NCBI RefSeq assembly: GCF_963853765.1
Contig: NC_088854.1
Coordinates: forward strand, 3,100,001-3,164,000
Direction: 5' to 3'
Length of the DNA stretch: 64,000 bases
Origin: Magallana gigas
Taxonomy: Eukaryota
Shown here piece by piece: positions 13,331-23,696 of the stretch; within the stretch, counting starts at the first letter, position 1, and each line of letters opens with the position of its first letter. Position numbers and translations under genes: made by a program. The notes beneath the pieces are model-generated. The model worked only from the letters and a program-made list of their open reading frames with translations, was not told the origin of the DNA and ran no database searches.

Positions 13331-14926
13331 ATATGCAAATACCAATGCTGGCTCGCAGACTCCTTCTCTTTAAAGCTCCGGACAGTAATCGTGATAATTA
13401 TCAGGCCGTGCTACTAATTGATCGTGGTAATTATATTGACGAAATGGAAATTCATCATCTGTGTGCGACATTACCAGGAATTGGCGCGCGGCGAAACCTC
13501 CGGGGGAAGTAACTCGAGCTGTCCTTTCTTTATTTGTGAGCACAAAGTAATCCAGTGATAGTGCTCGGTGCTTGGCTAAACAGAACAATAAAATACCCCA
13601 TGGAGAATTTAAAAAAAAAAAAAAAACAAGAAAAATGTTTCATCAATAAAATTCTAAGAAAGTTATTTTTTGTTCTGTTAAGCGAACATTTCAAAAGACA
13701 ATTTCATCAACAGATTCTTTGAATTTGCAATCCATTTTTTTTAAAATATATGTTTTATATAATTTCCTTTATGCTTATATAGTCATTGTCATCATCTCAT
13801 CTATCCGCTTCATATCTTGTGGCACATTAGGCATCAACAGAACGTCTCCATCAATTGTCACTGAAGATTTCACGTTTAATTACAGATCATGTGTAAATCC
13901 ATCCACTTAATTTTGTTTAGTTAATTGATTGATTTATTTTTTCAAACAAAGTATCAATTCATAATTTGTCAAAAATGTCTGAAATCTAAATAATTCATTA
14001 AATTTCATTCCATGCACTTTATAAAAGCAAAATTCGTCTTATGTAATTTAACGTGATTTCATTATGTGATACCCCTAGATTTGTACTTTGATGAGAAATT
14101 AAATCACGTGAAATTGGTGCGATTCACAATCACCATTGCACATAATAACATACATTGGTAAAATCGATGATTGGCCCTCAGTGGGCGCCGTAACATTGGA
14201 AGAGCAAGAGGGGTTAATAAGCACCGTACTCACTCTAAATATTGATGAAACAATCACTATCGGAAAACAACAAATAAAAAATTAATAAGCCAATGGGTTC
14301 GAAATCTGAGTGTTTACGACCATCAGTGGGTATTTGGGCAGTAAATTTTTCATTTTTTTAACATAATAATTTTTTTCGTGGCAATTCACGGTGTTTTTGA
14401 TTTCAACTGAACAAGAAAATAGAAGAAGACGCACAGATAATGATTTTTTCGGCTGTAAAATCGAAAGTTTAAACTTCACAGTTTAAAATGATTATGCAAT
14501 ATGCCTGACCATGCATGGCATTTCATCGCTTAACAGTAAATGGCGTTACAATTAAGGTAGCTCGCTGGTTTGCTGCATTGTCAAACAATCTACCCTAACT
14601 TCTTAGCTAGAATCATTGGTTTTCGTATTTACTAAAATACATGTAAACACCACAAGTAGCATAGATCTACCACAATACAGGCTAACACCACAAACAAGTA
14701 AGCACCACAAAACAGAATCAAAGTACTGAAGTACTGACGGGAGTTGATTTTATCGATTATTATTTATTTTAGAATCAACGAAAATGTTATTTTGCACGGC
14801 AAGTGTTTTTTTTTATATGTATTTGATTTACGCACATTTTTTTTAATATGAATACCGGTACTCGGACTTTTCCGAAAAGAATTTCGAGAAAACCCCATAT
14901 GAATCATGTCGTGTAATATTTAAAGA

Positions 14927-15041
14927 TACTATTAATCAACCAGACGCTCGGCTGTCTCCGTTAATTTCCGACAAGCAAGAGAAATTCTCTGCTTGTCGGA
15001 GATTTACGGAAACCACCGATCGTCTGGTTGAACGATACTAT
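14927..15041. mobile_element. Short palindromic (hairpin) MITE-like element
   Basis: TCAACCAGACGCTCGG...TCCGACAAGCAAGAG-AAAT-TCTCTGCTTGTCGGA...CCGATCGTCTGGTTGA forms an imperfect stem of about 45 bp with a very short loop. Confidence 0.65.
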
Positions 15042-15310
15042 AGTAAACTCTAGCGTAGGAATACATACCTCTACAAAAAATGTCTAAATTGTTTCCTACC
15101 ATTTAAAATCTGACTATTTTCAAGGTATCAATAAATAAGTTTCCTTGAAAAACAATGCTTCAGAATTCATTACCGCGAATTTATCGATTATTTCCGAGAA
15201 CTAAGTCTTGTCAGCGGTGATGATTTGTGCTTAGGTCCAAACACTGTTTCACTTTCGGTTTGCCAAAGTAACTTCAAAGGAGAGTTGATTAAAATCAACT
15301 CCCAAAAATG

Positions 15311-15870
15311 ACAAACAGCATCAAACAATTTTAGGTATATACCACAAACAACATCTGCCGCAATATAGGTATACACCACAAACATAATCTACCACAATAT
15401 AGGAATACACCACAAACAGAATCTACCACAATATAGGAATACCACAAACAGAATCTACCACAATATAGGTATACCACAAACAGAATCTACCACAATATAG
15501 GAATACATCACAAACAGAATCTACCACATTATAGGTATACCACAAACAGAATCTACCACAATATAGGTATACCACAAACAGAATCTACCACAATATAGGT
15601 ATACACCACAAAATAGTAAAATGAAAAACAGCATCTACCACAATATACATGTAGGTTTAAACCACAAACAGCATCTATCACAATATAGGTTAACACCACA
15701 AACAACATCTACCACAATATAGGTTAACACCACAAACAGCATCTATCACAATATAGGTAAACATAACTAACAGCACTAAATGATACACATCATAAACAAA
15801 ATCTACCACATTATAGGTTTACAATACAAACAGTATCTACCACAGTCCAGGTAAAAAGCACTAACTGCAT
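15311..15870. repeat. 32-34-bp minisatellite (AATCTACCACAATATAGG[T/A]ATACACCACAAACAG), about 16 units, with an eroded satellite copy at about 14650-14720
   Basis: Tandem units are directly visible and degrade toward both ends. Confidence 0.9.
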
Positions 15871-16122
15871 CTGTTACAAAAACCTAATAGATAATAATAA
15901 ATAATAATCTCTACCCGGAAATCAGATACTTTAAAATCAGATATTAGAAAATTATATTATTTCCAGTTTAAAATGTAATTAATCTGCAAAATTTAAAATT
16001 ATTATATTAAGATAAAGTTCCTACTTGGTTTCAAACTATTGAGCAGTAGATGAAGATGAACAACTATACAACAGGTTTGGCAACGGTGTTGGCTAACAAG
16101 AGTTTTTTACTACGTACATATA

Positions 16123-17111
16123 CAGTGGCGGATCCAGGAATTTGAAAACGGGGGGGGGGGCGCAGTTAAAGGCAGGGGGTCTGGGGGCCGCCTTGAGGCC
16201 CCCAGTGGGTCTAGGGCGAAGCCCTGGTGGGGGTCCAGGGGGCGAAGCCCCCGGAAGCTCCTGAAATCTAGATATTTTGAAAGGCAAAATCATGTTGTCT
16301 GGAGGGCCAATTTTTACTTATTTTCCCGTCATTTTAGTCACTAGAAATGTTACCAAAATGTTATGAGACATTTAATTTTGAAGTAACAAAAGCTGCAGAA
16401 AGTTTCAATTGAGCTCTTACAAATAAGAAGTATTTATTTCATTGTATCTGGGATAAGACTTTTAACTAAATTTTGTTCATTTTGTAGGCTTTTGCAATTT
16501 TACTCAATAATATTGTTATTTGTCATAATTGTCCAGGAGAAAATTTGCACCAATGAGTTTGTCGATCGTAAATAAGTAAAATAAATAAAAACAAGAAATA
16601 CTTCAAAATATCGTACACAATTATAGCTGTTTTATTTAAATGGATTGTTAGACACCATTCTTCTTGGGTTTTTGTTAATGAAGATGTCGACAATTTTCTT
16701 GTAGTCTAGGGGAATATCTCTGTGAATTTGGAGAAGAGTAAGGGCGTTTAACCGGTCCTGTCCCATAGTACTTCTCTGGGACGATTTAATACGTTTTATT
16801 GCTGAGTTTCCTCGTTCAACAGAAGCACTCGACACAGGAATAAGTAATAGAAGAGTAATTATTCTGTGAATATTATGTACTACATAAACCGAGTCTTACA
16901 CAAGAAGTCCACTCGTACACAAGTTGAGCCGTTCCTATTTTTTTTTTAATTACTAAACTATATCGAATGAAATAACACTTCTACATGAATATGCCTACAA
17001 ATCATAAATCTTTGTATTTTTCATTTTACAAATTGAATTTAATATTAAAGTAAAGCATGACTTTATATGATCAGAAAAAAATCATCCACAAAAAAAAAAA
17101 AAAAATCAAAC

Positions 17112-17142
<31 letters not shown>

Positions 17143-17159
17143 CGCTGGATCCGCCACTG
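16123..17159. mobile_element. Internally deleted hAT-superfamily DNA transposon (1037 bp)
   Basis: It has perfect 15-bp TIRs (CAGTGGCGGATCCAG...CTGGATCCGCCACTG) and G-rich subterminal regions, and it carries a hAT C-terminal dimerisation-domain remnant. The flanks share only ATATA, not a clean 8-bp TSD. Confidence 0.85.
16632..16874 (-). pseudogene. hAT transposase C-terminal dimerisation domain fragment
   Basis: It translates as NIHRIITLLLLIPVSSASVERGNSAIKRIKSSQRSTMGQDRLNALTLLQIHRDIPLDYKKIVDIFINKNPRRM. This matches the hATC consensus (P.SSA..ER.FS.....K...RSTM.Q.RL..L.LL.IH). The catalytic core is absent. Confidence 0.85.
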
Positions 17160-18867
17160 ATATAAGATACTTGCATGATTAATTGCAATTTGTTCTTACA
17201 AAAATGCAAATTTATTTAACATATATTTAAGGGAACACAAATCTGAAGCTCATTTCACGGTTTCGTTTTACATATTCAAATCTAAAAAAAATTGAAGGCC
17301 TCTGATTGCATCGCTCCCTGGACCCTCTGAACATAGCTGGGATTTCTATGCTCCCCCCCCCCTTCTACGTATACTAGTATGTTCTTCAAACCGCCAAATT
17401 TCCCCTAAACCTTCCCCCCTTCTTTTTGAAATATTTCTGTATCCGTGTCTGTTTTGCCTCAGTCCTTAACTGTCTCAGACGCTCAGTTTAAATGTTTCAT
17501 TTGCATACCAAGGGTATGTATATATTTGATAATTTTGTATTATTTGTGAAATTTCTGGTACCAATCATATCACTATATCGATTCAGGCTAAGATGATTAA
17601 TGTAGGTTAGAAACGTTATACACATGTACATGAAATTTCAAATGGAAAAACATTAGTACGTGTATGAAAGTAAGAGAGGGGGATTGTTTGTAAAGTTGTA
17701 AATTGCGCATTGTACATGAAATACTTACCAGAGCTCTTTATAGAACGCTTTAGAAATGCTGTGTTTCCTAGCATTTTTTGCGATCCCCATCCGACTTTCC
17801 ATGATATATTTTTTGTATTTAAACGCGAAAATTTGATGAATCTCTTTATGTAAAGAATAAAATGTTTTATAAAAGTACATTAATGTTCAGAAGAGTTAAC
17901 TTAGAAATGCAATGATTGTAATGCAAATTTTGAATAACCTTTCTTATTTTGTAATTTATGTTCTTACATAATAGTAATGATTTTTTCTTTTAAGGAAGAA
18001 TCTATTTTCAATTAATTAAATGTATAAGTTAATCTTTGAAATTAAGAAGCATTCTAATATAAAAAAAAAATAATTCATGCCAAATACACCAGCTGTTGAA
18101 CTTAGTTATTTTTTTAGCATAGCATTCAAATAGGTATCTCCTATTGTACGAATAACTCTTCCTAGAGTTTTCAAGATGGTAACTGTTTGTTTTGCAGATC
18201 AATTGAACTTGTATCAGAGATAATCGTATTAATTGGATTTTGATTATTTAATTTTATGCAAAATAATACAAGCTGTTGAACATAGTTTGCATAAGGTAGT
18301 GTTTATCTATTTAGGGTTAACAAATTGATTATTGGATATTGTTCATAAAATAGAAAATAATTGACAGCTTTTCTCTTGTTTCACAAATGATTGGGCGTGA
18401 CCTGAATTTGTTATATTTATGAAAGAAGAGGTGTGAATAAAGTTTGTAAAATGCCTATACACGGACGGACAAGATAATGAAAATTTAATATATAATACTT
18501 GGAATATGTTGACTTAAACAGGCGTATACGTGTCATGTTGTAACTTTTCTATTTACACCCACCCAGTAAATTTAAAATTTACAACATGACATACGTATCA
18601 AAACCTCCAAGTAGTGTCATTTTTTAAAACTTCAAAGTCTTTTGTTTTATAGAGTGGGTCTGTGCTCCATAATTTTCTCATAGTGTAAATAACGTCTAAT
18701 TAAAAACTAAGCGATTTCTATCAACAAAAAATGTAGAGAGATGACCCACTATACATTAAAAATATCATTTAGTATCCCAACAATTGAACGTTTTGAAAAA
18801 AATAATACAAGTCCGTAAATTCGTGGCCAAAGTCACACATATTATTTAAACAGCCTACTTTGTTGTG

Positions 18868-18955
18868 TCTGAAATGGTTCAGTGGTTAGATCACCAGATA
18901 TAAGCTAACCATTTAAAACTAGGGTTTTGATGTTGTGGGTTCGATACCACAAACT
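18868..18955 (+). mobile_element. Degenerate tRNA-derived SINE-like head
   Basis: It has an A-box-like TGGTTCAGTGGTTAG and a B-box-like GGGTTCGATACC, but no complete cloverleaf. It sits just left of TIR element copy 2. Confidence 0.4.
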
Positions 18956-18996
18956 TTAAAGGCAATATATTTTTTTTATCTTTTGTTAGATATATT

Positions 18997-19248
18997 AGAA
19001 CCATTTTAACAAGAGCTTGGACTTTGGAAAGTTAAGTCAAACGGCAGTGTGAGGTAGGCCGGTCTGTTTTCATTGTAGACCACTCAGCCATGGCTCTTTG
19101 AAATCAACAGGATTTGTCTGGCTTTTGAACTAAGACTACACAATCAATGTTTATATCGCTTGAAACCAACGACATTTTAACTTGTTTTGGCGCAAGAAAT
19201 AGATTGTTACATCCTACTGAAAGTCCAAGGTCTTGTTAAATTGAATCT
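18997..19248. mobile_element. About 250-bp TIR element (MITE), copy 2, inverted relative to 4371-4625
   Basis: TIRs are TTAACAAGAGCTTGGACTTT...AAAGTCCAAGGTCTTGTTAA. The internal sequence is homologous to copy 1. Confidence 0.75.
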
Positions 19249-19693
19249 TAAAACTGAATATAGATAGAACTAAAATACACTGTTATGTGGCTGCATGTTT
19301 ATAGCAAAGCATAACTATGGGGTCAGGAGTTATGTACTCTGACGCACAGCTGAATTAAGTTTCAGAAAAATGAAGGTTCCTTGATTGAAGACATTTAGTT
19401 TAATATAAATAAATGAAAGTACAGTATGATGATCTCTACCATACAATGGTGATTTCAAAAGCCTTCATTGCTCAAAGATTATCTGATCTACCATGTTTTA
19501 ACACAAAGTTTCAAGAAGTACATGTATCGTGATATAAATACAATCAGATCACATTATAACTCAGTTGTTTCACTGAATTAATATACAATATGTATAGTGT
19601 ACCTTTAATGGTCCATTGACACCTTAGCATATTAAATGGCACAAATTAAGATTCATTTTTTTTTAAGGTAATATTAAATCTTCAACACTTGAT

Positions 19694-22600
19694 TTAAAAA
19701 ACTCGTTCAAAGTGTTGGTCAGGATTAGGCGCAGTTCTCTGGACTGGGCCTGCCGGAATTCTTTGTCCGGGGCGGCGGGGAGGGGCCAGGAACTCAAACA
19801 TGGACGTAGAGTGCTGGGACAACATGTGGGCCAGTTCACAGGGCATGGGGTCTGACCAGAAAAAGTCATGATTAAGAGCAGTGTCACTGTCTATTCGCTT
19901 TGATGGGTCAAGGGTCAACAACTTGTCAATCAGGTCAAGGGCGTACTGATCCTTGACATACACTTTGAGACGGTCCTTCACCTTGCGTTTCTGGCCCTGA
20001 GCCAACTCCATCTGTCCAAACATGTCAAGTTTTTCTACATTGGGCCACACCTCCTTTGTGATGGAGCCACACAGCTGACTGATCAGCTGAAGCTGGTGCT
20101 GTTCTGTCTTACCCTGCATGATGGGTGTTCTGGTCCACATTTCAGCCATTATACACCCTGCACCCCACAGGTCAATGGGGGGACCATAGTTCCTCTCCCC
20201 CAGAAGTAGCTCTGGTGGTCTGTACCACAAGGTGACCACTCTGTTCGTGTAGCGGTTCTGTTTGTCTTTGCCTGCCGTACTGAAGGCTCTTGCAAGTCCA
20301 AAGTCTGCCAGTTTCAGAACACCGTGCTTTGTGATGAGTATATTTGCGGCTTTCATGTCTCTGTGTAGAATCTTGTTGCTGTGAATGAAGTACAGACCGT
20401 TCAGGAGTTGCTGCATGACTTTCTTGATCTCACCGATGTTAAATTTCACATTTGCATTGCTCAGAAGTCCAGCTAAATCATGCTCACAAAACTCAAAGAT
20501 CAAGTAGAAGGTACTCTTCATTCTGTTGTATGCAGTGGCTGAAAATAAAAAAAATTTAATATAATGAAGCTCTCATTAAATTTTTCACATTAGCATGTGT
20601 TATGTAATATTTACGTTCACCAATATTTAAATTTACAATCAAATGTTCAGTTTATAAATAAAAAGTTTATTTTTTTACCTCGAGTTCTGGCGATTTCAAT
20701 TAAATTCACAACATTTTCATGTCTCAGCAATTGCAGTATCTTTATCTCCCTCAGAGCTGTTATAGGAAACTGAAAACAAATAAAATGTTAACAGACGCAT
20801 TAAGTAAATGTGTTCATGTGCTTATTATTGATATTGAATCTGTGTACATGTACCTTTACCAATGTTTGGGTTTGCCCTTATTTGTATACTCCATTAATTT
20901 TTGCCCACTGTTATATAGGAACCAGACAAGTCATTGGGTATTGGGAATAGTTTCCTAATTCCAAAAAAGTTGAATTTGGCATGCTTTTGTCTTTGTAATA
21001 CCTCTCAATTAACTTGAATAAAAATTACCAATGGGAGTGGCATTGTTCCCACTCATGGACATTTGTAAGACAGGGTGAGGAAGTTCAAAATGTCTCTAGG
21101 TTGTTATATTGCATGCTGTATCCTAATTCTATAAAGTGCTGGGTTTTTTTAAAGTTTCCTCTCTGTTTACTGTATTGTCAATACCCTGGTACATAACCTG
21201 TCCAATTAAAGAGGTCTTCACATTTAACAATTAATTAGTATTATTTCTTCTTTACAGAGATAGCTAGATTATCCTTAAAACTAATCTTTTTGGTTGACAT
21301 AAAAAGTAAATGATAATCCGACAGAAATGGATTTTGAACATATTGAAAACCTTGTATATTAACAGAATATCTTCATTCTCTTTAGGATTTTTTTTTCAAT
21401 TTAAGGATTCGGGTATATATGCAACAATACTGACTAGCAAGAGATGTTAGAATATAAAAAGAATAAATATAAATTCTTCTACTTTTTCCAAACATATTCA
21501 TATTTTAACAAAAATCTTCAATTTCTTTATACCGAGCGCAGCGAGAGGCGGGCGAAGCCCGCCTCGCGAAGCGAGGATTAATGGTAACACGTATATATAA
21601 GAAAATCAGTGAAAAATGAAAGTTGAATCAGGGGTACTAAGGCCAAAAAAAAATTCTTCCAGCCCTGGGCGCCGCCATATTGGCAGCCATTTTGTTTTTA
21701 AAAAGTTAGTTCGATCATTGATTGACTGGTACTTATCGATGTATATTGCCTCTAAACTCGGTTTAAATGTTCCAGTGTTTCAATAGAAGGTAATTTGAAT
21801 TAAAATAAATTAAAAAAAGACAACAGATAAGTTTCAATAGTGCTTTAATCAAGAAACACGACTAGTTCTATGTATGTCTTATCAAATTATCAGATGGAAA
21901 ATAAAAACATTAACATCAAGGAACTGGTCTTTTAGATACTTGATAAAATATTTAATTTCATTACAGCGGCATTCATATGAATTTAATTGATGAACAATGA
22001 AAGAAGAAATAAAAAAAAGTTCGGAATCACGTAACTCTCTTCGGCTATTTCCGAAGACAAAACTTGAACGTTTTACGTCTGAAATATGACGTCATAATGT
22101 AGACTGAGCAAGCGACGTTTAGTAAAACTTTGGCTATTGATATGTGGCGGATCCTACTGTGTGCGTTTCAAATAAATTTTGTTCTACAAAAATCAAACTC
22201 CACTGTGTTAAATCTGCGCTCGGTCCAACGGTCACACCGTTTACATATTATTCATAATTATGAATTTGTAATTATCACTTCAAATAAACATGTTGTTCTA
22301 AACATACATACCCCTTCTTTTTCATTTTCCATCAATACTTTTTTCATGGCAACAAGTCTTCTTGTCTGACGATCTCTAGCCTTAAAGACCTCTCTAAAAA
22401 TTGAATCAATTTCATTTTTATAGAAAATATGTAATGCCTAAATTACTTAAATACTTTAAAATTGTTTCATGATTTTCTGTTAATACACTCCATTCATCAC
22501 CTGCCCTCATCTTCACTAGCCAATGGTGACAACCCAAACCTGTTCTCTTTTCATAATGAGGGAAAGAATCTGATTATCAACCTTGCCTGGCAAATATGAG

Positions 22601-23445
22601 CTGGTCTACAGCATTTAGTACATGTACTGGTAAAACACTAAAAGCACCTTCATTTTGAGAACAGATTTATGCAACGAATATCCACAGGAGTCAGCAGTTT
22701 TATCCATAAAATGATGTAACACTAACCAATGAGCTTCACGAGTGAAGCGACAGAATTCAGAATGCAATGCATTTTTTGGCAAATTCTACTCTGGCACTTT
22801 ATTAAAATAAAACTAACAAAGCGCAGTATAATTCTAGTCAGTCGACTTATCCAACCTGATATCTGGTCCGATAACCGTCTGAATTGCCATAATTGACCCA
22901 AAAATATAACAAAAACAACTCTTACAAAAGAATCGGGCGCCATGCTGGTTTTCAAGTGACATCAGGATAAACAAAGCTTACTGGTTAGTGTTTACATTGT
23001 TTAATGGATTAAAGTGCTCACTCCTGTGGCACATCAAAACTATTCACTATTCTTTAAACTACATTATATGTCGATCCCCCCCCCCCCCCAAACAGAATGG
23101 GGGTCAAACCACAAAACAGTGAGCTGTGCCAAACCAACTTACTTAGTACTTTTACCTGATCTATGTATAAATGCAATATATAGGGTACATATACATCTCT
23201 CTTCCCATAGACTTATCAATAGAAATTCAGAGGCCTGTGAAAAAAAAAATCCCATACCCAAAAGTCCCTTGGCCAATTTTGGCGAGTTTTTCATATTTGT
23301 TCGCATCAGGACAGTAAGGAAATTCCATGTCTTCTACTTTACCACTGTAACTTGACAACCCAGTGCCCGTATAACCCGAGCTGCCTCCACTAGCCCCGCT
23401 AATGTTTTGAGAAGAGGAGCTAGATGTACTGTGTCCATGTTGCAT
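19694..23445 (-). CDS. CDK9: Cyclin-dependent kinase 9 (P-TEFb kinase), 401 aa; exons 23445-23258, 22393-22312, 20769-20679, 20538-19694
   Basis: The four exons total 1206 nt in frame. Motifs are KYEKLAKIGQGTFGEVFKA, the CDK9-type PITALRE helix, HRDMKAANIL, DFGLARAFS and the T-loop NRYTNRVVTLWYRPPELLLGER. Confidence 0.98.
21525..21700. mobile_element. End of a probable non-autonomous repeat (Helentron/HINE-like) with twin GAA-loop hairpins, in CDK9 intron 2
   Basis: A T-run and TTTATACCG are followed by GAGGCGGGC-GAA-GCCCGCCTC and an overlapping CCTCGC-GAA-GCGAGG, as a GC-rich island in an AT-rich intron. The family assignment and right boundary are uncertain. Confidence 0.4.
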
Positions 23446-23696
23446 GATGCTTTCTTTTTAACCGGAAGTTCAGAAATAACACCGCTTAAAGCATAATAAA
23501 AATGATTTTTTATTATCATTTCAAAAATGTAGTTCTAATTTGTATACATATCATTTCAGCTATTTGATATTCTTTTTTATTATATTCTTTATTTGATCAT
23601 GTTGATAATTTGAATTAATTAGATTTGTAATATAAAAATATTTTTTTAATTGATATAAGAGATGTTTTTGACGTTCAACACACGACATCATTGAAA
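23446..23696. promoter_or_regulatory. Bidirectional promoter shared by CDK9 and STEEP1
   Basis: Only 251 bp separate the two divergent ATGs. An ETS-type motif ACCGGAAGT lies at 23461-23469. Confidence 0.75.

Noticed and set aside
18868-18955. Functional tRNA gene
   Set aside because: A- and B-box-like motifs are present, but there is no acceptor stem, anticodon arm or T-run terminator. It was kept only as a low-confidence SINE-like head.
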